DNA of 63,256 bases, the filler included, from Candidatus Fermentibacterota bacterium (GTDB taxonomy: Bacteria; JAFGKV01): the NCBI GenBank assembly GCA_016928395.1. It is 8 parts of 8 records of this genome, joined end to end, with 100 filler letters (N's around TTAATTAATTAA, not from the genome) between each part and the next. Parts side by side here need not be neighbours in the genome. Positions count along the whole stretch, not along the records: positions 37,446 to 43,357 come from JAFGKV010000035.1; positions 43,458 to 47,787 come from JAFGKV010000234.1; 6 more parts are not named here. One strand, 5' to 3'. Positions 37,503 to 44,446 of this stretch are shown here, piece after piece (position 1 is the first letter of the stretch; each line of letters begins with the position of its first letter). The notes under the pieces were generated by a model. That model was not told the origin of the DNA, did no database searches, and saw nothing but the letters and a program-made list of their open reading frames with translations. A program made the position numbers and the translations under genes.

Positions 37503-39863
37503 CTATCTCCTCACGAGGCGGAAGCCCAGGCCATTGCCGCGGCTGCCGGGGCCGTACCCGTAGCGACTCGCCGACCGGCAGCCCCTGGCGATGCCGTACC
37601 AGCCGCCGCCGCGGTAGACCCGGAACGAGCCTGATGATGCCCCCTTTGGATCGGTCTGCGAGCCTGACGAATAGGAGCCATACCAATCCCAGCACCACTC
37701 CCATACGTTCCCATGCGTGTCATACAACCCAAATGCGTTGGCCTGCTTGCCCCCGACATCATGCGTCTGGCTGCTGGAATTGCCGGAGTACCACCCCGCT
37801 CGCCCTAACGCGGCCTCCCCGCTCCCGGTATTGTACTCCCCCGTCGTCCCCGCTCGGCACGCATACTCCCACTCCGCCTCCGTCGGCAACCGATACCCGT
37901 TGGCGCCCCAGTTGCACGTAACGCTGCTTCCCGATCCCGAGTAGCACCGCGTGAGCCCCTCCCGATCCGACAGCTTTTTGCAGAACTCCACCGCGTCATT
38001 CCACGACACCTGCTCCACCGGCCGCTTCGCCCCCTTGAAGCGCGACGGGTTCGTCCCCATCACCGCCTGATACTGCTCCTGCGTCACCTCATACTTCCCC
38101 ATCGAGAATGACGAGACCGTCACGCTGTGCACCGGCTTCTCGTCCGAATCCCCGTCGTTCGACCCCATCTGGAACGTCCCACCTTGAATCCGCACCATCT
38201 CCACCAACTGCCGCGCCGCTCGTTCCCGGGCCTCCTTCTCCAACCGAACTCGCTCCGCCTCCGCCTCGCGTGCCGCTCGTTCCCTCGCTGCCGCTGCTTC
38301 ATGTTCTCGCCGCGTCTCCTCCGCCTGCCGCACGCACTCCGCAAGGCGTACGCTGTAGTCTGCGTATCCCCCCACCTTTCTCAGCGCCCCCGCATGCTCC
38401 TCCGCCTTGGCGCATTCCCCTGCCGCAAGCCTGCCCTCGATCATGCCCTCGTATGCCGCCTGCATCTGTCGGATCACATCCGCACGCACCGCATTCCCCG
38501 GATCCAACCTCCCCAGCTCCTCGCACGTCTCCCACGAATTGTCTCCGATGGGGCTCGTGTACTTCTTCCCCGCCAGTTGGCTGCGCGCCTTCCCCTCCAG
38601 CTCCATGATCCGCTGCCGCCTGGTATCAGTGGCAGGAGGAGTCGGCGTCGGCGTAACCGGTCCGGACGTCGTTGCGGGCGGCTGGATCGTGTTTCTCGCC
38701 ACGGGTGCCGGTGCCTGCGACTTCCGCGTCTCCCGCAGCAGCAAACCCCCCAGTATTGCCACCAATACCACCAGCGCGCTCCCCAAAATCACCAACTGCC
38801 GATCCACTCCCCTCCGAGGGCCGGTGGGAGCCGGGCGAGGCTTCGGCTCCCGTTCAGCCGCTCGCGGCGGAGCAGCCTTCACCTTGTACGTTCGGTCAGA
38901 CTCAGGATGGGGCGAGACTCGCGGGGGCTCCGGGCGCGAGGCCTGAGGAGGCCGAGTCGAGGGAGGTGGCTGCCGCGGCGGCGCCTCGTATGGTAGAGCC
39001 TGCACTGCGCCCCCGAACGCTGCTTGACCCGATGGCACATACGCCGGTAACCGGCTCGGATCCTCCAACCCCCGGATCAACTCCTCGGCGCTCCGTACTC
39101 GCCGCCCCGGATCCTTCACCATGCACGCACCGATCCACCGGATCGCCTCAGGCGGCATTCCCGTAAACGAGGGGTCGCTCTGTGTTTGGTTGTACATCAC
39201 CGACATCGGATCGCCCACGAACGGCGTGTGCCCCGCCAGCAGCTCGTACGCCATGCACCCGATGGCATACAGATCCGTGTGAAACCCGATCTCGCTCCCC
39301 CCTCGAATTGCCTCCGGCGCCATGTACGCCGGCGTGCCGCTGATCGTCGCGTCCTGTGAGATCCGGCTCATCGAACTCATGATGCTCTTCGAGATCCCGA
39401 AGTCCGCCACCACCGGTGTCCCATCCTCCCGAAACAGGATGTTCCCCGGCTTGATGTCCCGATGCACGATCCCGGCTTCGTGTACCGCCTGCAGCCCCTT
39501 CAGGATCGGCAACATCAATGCCTTGACTTGCTCCCAGCTCAGCGTCCCGTACCTACGCCGGTACGCCGCCAGATCTCCCCCCTTGGCCCATTCCATCGTC
39601 ACGAACCGCCCACCCTCGCCATCATCCCACAGATCGTACACCCGCAGGATATTCCGACCCGATACCTTGCGCGCCCGCTTCACCTCTCGCGCAAACTGGC
39701 TCACCGCCTCAGGATCTCCCGCCATGGCATCCGGTAGGAACTTCAGCGCCACCTCATCCAACTCCCGATCCTGCGCCCCGAACACGATCCCCATGCCTCC
39801 GGCCCCAAGCTTCTGCCGAAGCTCGAATCGCCGCACAACTATCTGCCCAGGTTGATAGCTCAT
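37503..39863 (-). CDS. Membrane Ser/Thr protein kinase with a C-terminal FGE-sulfatase (CLec-fold) domain; candidate DGR target
   Basis: GAGGMG, VALK, HRDIKPGN, DFG, GTPAYMAPE; TM LVILGSALVVLVAILGGLLL; FGE motifs FQMGS, RLPTEAEWEYACR, GNVWEW, RGGGW...GFRL. Confidence 0.93.
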   Translation of the reverse strand: MSYQPGQIVVRRFELRQKLGAGGMGIVFGAQDRELDEVALKFLPDAMAGDPEAVSQFAREVKRARKVSGRNILRVYDLWDDGEGGRFVTMEWAKGGDLAAYRRRYGTLSWEQVKALMLPILKGLQAVHEAGIVHRDIKPGNILFREDGTPVVADFGISKSIMSSMSRISQDATISGTPAYMAPEAIRGGSEIGFHTDLYAIGCMAYELLAGHTPFVGDPMSVMYNQTQSDPSFTGMPPEAIRWIGACMVKDPGRRVRSAEELIRGLEDPSRLPAYVPSGQAAFGGAVQALPYEAPPRQPPPSTRPPQASRPEPPRVSPHPESDRTYKVKAAPPRAAEREPKPRPAPTGPRRGVDRQLVILGSALVVLVAILGGLLLRETRKSQAPAPVARNTIQPPATTSGPVTPTPTPPATDTRRQRIMELEGKARSQLAGKKYTSPIGDNSWETCEELGRLDPGNAVRADVIRQMQAAYEGMIEGRLAAGECAKAEEHAGALRKVGGYADYSVRLAECVRQAEETRREHEAAAARERAAREAEAERVRLEKEARERAARQLVEMVRIQGGTFQMGSNDGDSDEKPVHSVTVSSFSMGKYEVTQEQYQAVMGTNPSRFKGAKRPVEQVSWNDAVEFCKKLSDREGLTRCYSGSGSSVTCNWGANGYRLPTEAEWEYACRAGTTGEYNTGSGEAALGRAGWYSGNSSSQTHDVGGKQANAFGLYDTHGNVWEWCWDWYGSYSSGSQTDPKGASSGSFRVYRGGGWYGIARGCRSASRYGYGPGSRGNGLGFRLVRR

Positions 39864-39962
39864 GATCGACTACTCAACAAAAAGCTCATGAGTATTGGCG
39901 CACTGCCTTCCATCTCGAAGCTCCTTCGATCCAAACGCTCCACGACCCCTCCCCGCGTTCCC

Positions 39963-39991
39963 GTTCGATGCTCGACGTTCAATGTTCAATG
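39963..39991 (+). repeat. Heptamer tandem repeats (GTTCRAY)n; further tracts at 41025-41065, 41151-41196 and 43331-43357
   Basis: GTTCGAT/GTTCGAC/GTTCAAT units, all in the same orientation. Confidence 0.8.
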
Positions 39992-40038
39992 TAGTACCTG
40001 CGCTGTTGAGCGCGGAATGACGCCGACGCGCTTCGTCA

Positions 40039-40266
40039 TCAGAGGTTCTCTATAAACTCCTCGGGTGAGACCTCGGCCTGCCTGAGAATGCCACGGAGAG
40101 TCCCAATCGCCAGCTCTCGGTGGAGAGGAACCGCGCACCCCACGTCGCCTTCAGGCCTCTTCCGCCGGAGTATCACGTGACTTCCTCGTTGCCTGGCTCT
40201 TACGAAGCCCAATCTCTCCAATGCACGGATCGCTTCACGCCCCGAAACGCGTCGGAGCTCAGGCAT
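40039..40266 (-). CDS. hicA: HicA toxin
   Basis: LERLGFVRARQRGSHVIL...VPLHRELAIGTLRGILRQA. Confidence 0.92.
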   Translation of the reverse strand: MPELRRVSGREAIRALERLGFVRARQRGSHVILRRKRPEGDVGCAVPLHRELAIGTLRGILRQAEVSPEEFIENL

Positions 40267-40471
40267 TGACCGCCGCTTCGAAGACCGTCAGAATGGGCTT
40301 TGAGGTCTCTGGCATGGGGAACTCCTCAAGGTAGAGCTCGGTCGCCTCTCTAAGATTGACCACCGCCTCGTCGGCAGTGCTCCCTTGGCTCACCGTGCCC
40401 ACTTCGGGGCACTCCGCAACGTACAAATCATCTTCCCGATGCACGACCGCGCTGAAGATCCTGGTCGCCAT
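40259..40471 (-). CDS. hicB: HicB antitoxin (short form)
   Basis: MATRIFSAVVHREDDLYVAECPEVGTVSQGSTADEAVVNLREATELYLE; has its own RBS GGAGGTGA. Confidence 0.9.
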   Translation of the reverse strand: MATRIFSAVVHREDDLYVAECPEVGTVSQGSTADEAVVNLREATELYLEEFPMPETSKPILTVFEAAVNA

Positions 40472-40559
40472 TTCTTCACCTCCGTGACCGGTGGAACACC
40501 TTCTCCCCCCATCTTTTGGCGCGTGCTGCCATCTTGCCCTTCTCCAAGGGCTGCCGACT

Positions 40560-40855
40560 CCCTCCGTAGAAGCGCCGATTCCTCCTCTCGCGCGCGCTCT
40601 CGCGCGCGCAACGGGATGCGGGATGATGTCAACAGGAATCCGCCGCGACAGTCCCCGCACTCGGCGACGGTACTTCAGTGCCAGCGGCAAATACCCCTCC
40701 GGGCTGTCCTGAAACACCGCGACATCCATGTCGTGTGGATGCTCGCTCTTCAGGAATGACCCGAAGACGATGATCTTCTTGATCTCCTTCTCCACCCGAA
40801 GACACCGCACCAGCTCACGCTTCAGGGCCTGCTTCTCATCGCTCGACAGCGTCAC
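40560..40855 (-). pseudogene. Minimal nucleotidyltransferase (MNT), frameshifted by a 7-bp duplication and read in frame into hicB
   Basis: IIVFGSFL...HDMDVAVF...IPVDIIP; tandem CGGGATG x2 (40612-40625) and TCTCGCGCGCGC x2 (40586-40609). Confidence 0.7.
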
Positions 40856-41087
40856 GGCGTCCTCCTCTGGCCGGCTTCACCGCAGTAGTCGAGCGACCAG
40901 ATCCGCTCAACACATCACCCGAATGGCAGGCGTAGAGGATAGGGCATCCGCGACCCTCTGTCACCCCTCACCCCTTTCACTCATCCGTGCGCCTATCCCA
41001 TCTGTCCAGCATTCGATCTCCATCGTTCGGTGTTCGATGTTCGACGTTCGAGGTTCAATGTTCACCTCTCCCTCTCCCTTCGCAAAT

Positions 41088-41110
41088 GTAGGAGCGGTGT
41101 CAACCGCGAA
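41088..41110. repeat. Single GTAG-family REP
   Basis: GTAGGAGCGGTGTCAACCGCGAA, identical to array unit 5 at 43869. Confidence 0.75.
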
Positions 41111-41215
41111 CCCCCCTTTCTCCAGAAGCGAAGTCGAGGGGAATCCCGTCCTTCGACGTTCGATGTTCAACGTTCGACGTTCAATGTTGAGCGTTCCCTT
41201 CAAGCGCCCTCGCGC

Positions 41216-43207
41216 CTACCCCGCACGATACTCCAACTCCGTCTCGCCGATCTTGATCCGATCGCCGGGCACGACCGGCGCCGACTTCACCGGCTTCCCA
41301 TTCACCAACGTACCATTGGTGCTGCCAAGGTCAATGATCTTCGCGCCTCCCGCCCTTCGTTCGATCTGGGCATGGCGCGCCGACGTCTTGCCGTCATCTA
41401 TCACGATGTCGTTGCCCGGCGATCGCCCCAGCGTCACCACGGGCTTCGACAGATTCCACGCCCCGCCTCGCGGCCCAATCCCGACCAGCCTCGCCCAGAC
41501 AACTTCCGGAGGCGACGGCTGTACCTGAACCGCGGCCACCACTGGTGCGTGCGTGCCCTGCCTCCTTCGTGCGGCTACCACGGCGATGGCTCCAAGCGAC
41601 AGAATGCCGACCCACAGAGCGCCCAGCACGTACCACAGCGGGTTCGTGCCTTTCCGCACCAGAACCACGTCGGGCGGTTGAGGGCCAGGCCCGGTCGACA
41701 TCCCGACTTCTCCCTCCCAGTAGTGAACCTCGGTCGTCGCCTTGGTCAACGCCTGCACAAGCTGGACGACGTTCTCGGCCCGGTGAAACGTTCCCTGGCC
41801 AGCGTGCGCGATGGCTTCGAGCTGGCGCTGCTCCTTGGGCTCAACATCGAACGCGATGACCACGAACCGAATGGGCGTCGACTGGTCGGCCGCATACGCC
41901 GTCGCGGCCAGGTGGTTCAGAATCATGCTCAACCCCCCAGTGCCTTGCAGATTCAACTCGCGAGCCGCCTGCACCGGATCGCCATTGCACGTCTCCATGC
42001 CATCCGAGATGAGGATCAGGCTGAGGTTGGTCGCCGATGGTCGGTCGCGTAGCAGTTGCGCCCCGCGCCTGATGGCCAGTTCGATGGGCGTGCCTCCACT
42101 TGGCCGCAGGGGCGCAATGGCAGTTGCGATGGCATTCGCGTCGCTGGTGAAGTCTTTAACCAGCTCCGTCTCGCAGCTCCCACCAAAGGTCAATAGCCCG
42201 AACTCATTGCCTGGCAGAGCGACGAGCTGCTGAAGGGCGGTGTTGAGCGCCTCCTTGGCCGCATCGATCTTTCGCACCGCCGATCCCGGCGCAGGGTCAT
42301 CCATGCTCCCGGAAACATCCAGCAGGAAGAGTATGGTGGCATTGCTCATGGGATCGACGGGCACGGGCCCTCCGAGCTGGAATCTGGCTGCCTCCGCTAT
42401 CCTGGTTCGGTTCAGCTCTTCGACGCGAGCGATGAAGCTCACGTAGGGCTGGTATGCCATGAGGCCCACGCGCCTGGCTTCCAGAATGTCGCCCACATCC
42501 TTGATGAAGAACGCCGTCTGCGTGAGCGGGAGCGCCCGATCGATGCCCAGGTAGCTCTGATAGTGTACGTCGAACTGCTGGAGCAGCTCCTCGGTCACCT
42601 TCCTCGCCAGCAGCCCATCCACTGAGTAGTCCTGCGTCCGCGACTCGTTGTAGAGAGCTCGTGCGATTGCAAGTTTGAACAATCCCCACCGCCGGTCCAA
42701 GAACTCCAGCGCATCATCTCTCGAAAGCGGCGTACCCCCGAGGTACCTCCTCGCGATGGCGTAGGCGATCGCATAGTCCGCCAAGCCCTCTTTGATGACC
42801 GTCCGACTCAATCCTTGGCAAATCGTCCTGGGGGTTTTCACCGATGACTCGATCACGTGGAGGATGAAGTCCTCTCCGATCGAAGCTCCAAGCTTGTAGA
42901 ATCCTCCCGTAACCATGTCAACTGCCAGCTTCGGGCTTTCCAGCAGCACATACGCCCCGCCATACATAGCGACAGTGGCCCCTATCGTGTAGACACTGAC
43001 CGTCAAGCCGTAGCCAATGGGGGTCCAGAATCCCTGAGTTTTGGCGATCACCTCTTGCGCAAGCTGAACGGGGTCGCCAAACGACATCGTCCATCCCTGA
43101 TCCAACGAGATCGGCGGAAGCTGGCTCTCATCCGGCGGCTGTGCAAACACAGCCGAAACCGCCAGTGTCAGCACAAGCCCTGCCGCAGTCCACGACCTGC
43201 TTCTCAT
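41216..43207 (-). CDS. Signal peptide - VWA - TM - FHA membrane protein
   Basis: MIDAS LLDVSGSM...GGTP...LISDG; TM LWYVLGALWVGILSLGAIAVVAA; FHA LGRS...TSARHA...DLGSTNGT. Confidence 0.9.
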   Translation of the reverse strand: MRSRSWTAAGLVLTLAVSAVFAQPPDESQLPPISLDQGWTMSFGDPVQLAQEVIAKTQGFWTPIGYGLTVSVYTIGATVAMYGGAYVLLESPKLAVDMVTGGFYKLGASIGEDFILHVIESSVKTPRTICQGLSRTVIKEGLADYAIAYAIARRYLGGTPLSRDDALEFLDRRWGLFKLAIARALYNESRTQDYSVDGLLARKVTEELLQQFDVHYQSYLGIDRALPLTQTAFFIKDVGDILEARRVGLMAYQPYVSFIARVEELNRTRIAEAARFQLGGPVPVDPMSNATILFLLDVSGSMDDPAPGSAVRKIDAAKEALNTALQQLVALPGNEFGLLTFGGSCETELVKDFTSDANAIATAIAPLRPSGGTPIELAIRRGAQLLRDRPSATNLSLILISDGMETCNGDPVQAARELNLQGTGGLSMILNHLAATAYAADQSTPIRFVVIAFDVEPKEQRQLEAIAHAGQGTFHRAENVVQLVQALTKATTEVHYWEGEVGMSTGPGPQPPDVVLVRKGTNPLWYVLGALWVGILSLGAIAVVAARRRQGTHAPVVAAVQVQPSPPEVVWARLVGIGPRGGAWNLSKPVVTLGRSPGNDIVIDDGKTSARHAQIERRAGGAKIIDLGSTNGTLVNGKPVKSAPVVPGDRIKIGETELEYRAG

Positions 43208-43457
43208 CTCACTCCCCCTTTGCGGGAATCACCCGCCGCTACAGGTTGACACGCCATGGTTCGCTGCCCACCCGCCCGTCTCCCTCCCTTTCGCAAAGAG
43301 AGGCCGGCTGGGATTCTGCTCGGTTGCTCCGTTCGATGTTGGACGTTCGACGTTCGANNNNNNNNNNNNNNNNNNNNNNNNNNNNNNNNNNNNNNNNNNN
43401 NTTAATTAATTAANNNNNNNNNNNNNNNNNNNNNNNNNNNNNNNNNNNNNNNNNNNN

Positions 43458-43891
43458 ACCCAACCCACCCCTTCGCGCTTCACAGCGCTCCAACATCGTC
43501 CGTGCACCGCATTCCCAACTGTAGGAGCGGCTTCAGCCGCGAACGCAGCTCTACCCCTTCGCGCTTTACAGCGCTCCAACATCGTCCGTGCACCGCATCC
43601 TCCGGGGTAGGAGCGGCTTCAGCCGCGAATGCAGCCCCACCCCTTCGCGCCTTACGGCGCTCCAACATCGTCCGTGCACCGCATTCCCAATTGTAGGAGC
43701 GGCTTCAGCCGCGAACCCAACCCACCCCTTCGCGCCTTACGGCGCTCCAACACCGTCCGTGCAGCTCATTCCCACTTGTAGGAGCGGCGTAAGCCGCGAA
43801 CGCAGCCCCACCCCTTCGCGCCTTACGGCGCTCCAACACAACATCGTCCGTGAACCGCATCCTCCGGGGTAGGAGCGGTGTCAACCGCGAA
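43458..43891. repeat. BIME-like tandem array: five ~86-bp units of alternating inverted GTAG-type REPs
   Basis: GTAGGAGCGG..CCGCGAA at 43521, 43607, 43693, 43778 and 43869, each preceded by inverted TTCGCGCCTTACGGCGCTCCAAC-type REPs. Confidence 0.88.
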
Positions 43892-43901
43892 TGCAGCTCT
43901 G

Positions 43902-43984
43902 TGGAGTGCGGTGGCGTGCCGCAGCTTTCAAAAGCGGGAGCTGAGCTCCCGCGAAACACAGCGCAACCAAGGTTGCGCACTCCA
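43902..43984. repeat. Second palindromic repeat family (TGGAGTGCG...CGCACTCCA) with internal hairpins
   Basis: Terminal 9-bp inverted repeat plus GCGGGAGC/GCTCCCGC and GCGCAACC/GGTTGCGC hairpins. Confidence 0.65.
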
Positions 43985-44321
43985 AAGCGGGAGGCCGTGG
44001 GAGCCACGCATCCGCGGGTGCGGGGGCAAACCGTTGTACGCCGCGCATGCGGCCCTTCTTTGCTGAGCCATCAACACGACGATGCACCCCGAGACGTCCC
44101 TCCACCCCGATCTGCGGGTTGTCAGCCCTGTGAATGTGAGAGCAACAGGTGTTGCCACGAGCGCCTACCGATACTCCGCGAGCAGACGGGTCTTGACGCG
44201 AGCCTACCTGGAATGTACGGTTCGCCATTGAAGGAGCAAAGGCAGGGTCGTTCCGGCCTCTCCATTGCCCCAGTTGAGGTGAACACGCATGACTGAGGCG
44301 CTCTTCGATCACGATACGCAG

Positions 44322-44363
44322 CTGTCCGTTGACTATTCTAATGTTAGAATAGTCAACGGACAG
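44322..44363. promoter_or_regulatory. Perfect 20-bp inverted repeat upstream of the RM gene (putative operator or cruciform)
   Basis: CTGTCCGTTGACTATTCTAA-TG-TTAGAATAGTCAACGGACAG. The repeat is certain; a regulatory function is inferred. Confidence 0.55.
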
Positions 44364-44446
44364 GCCGGTCCTCTGATCGCGGTGATCATCACCGGACTCC
44401 CCGATCCGCGCCAGGCACGGTCTTCCATCTTGAGGAGCAGTGACGA

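Noticed and set aside
37446-43357. Complete DGR cassette (template repeat, RT, avd) in the window
   Set aside because: I found no AAC-rich template copy and no reverse transcriptase ORF. Only a candidate target is supported.
43458-43891. CRISPR array
   Set aside because: The sequences between repeats are near-identical rather than unique spacers, the units are inverted REP pairs, and no cas genes are present.
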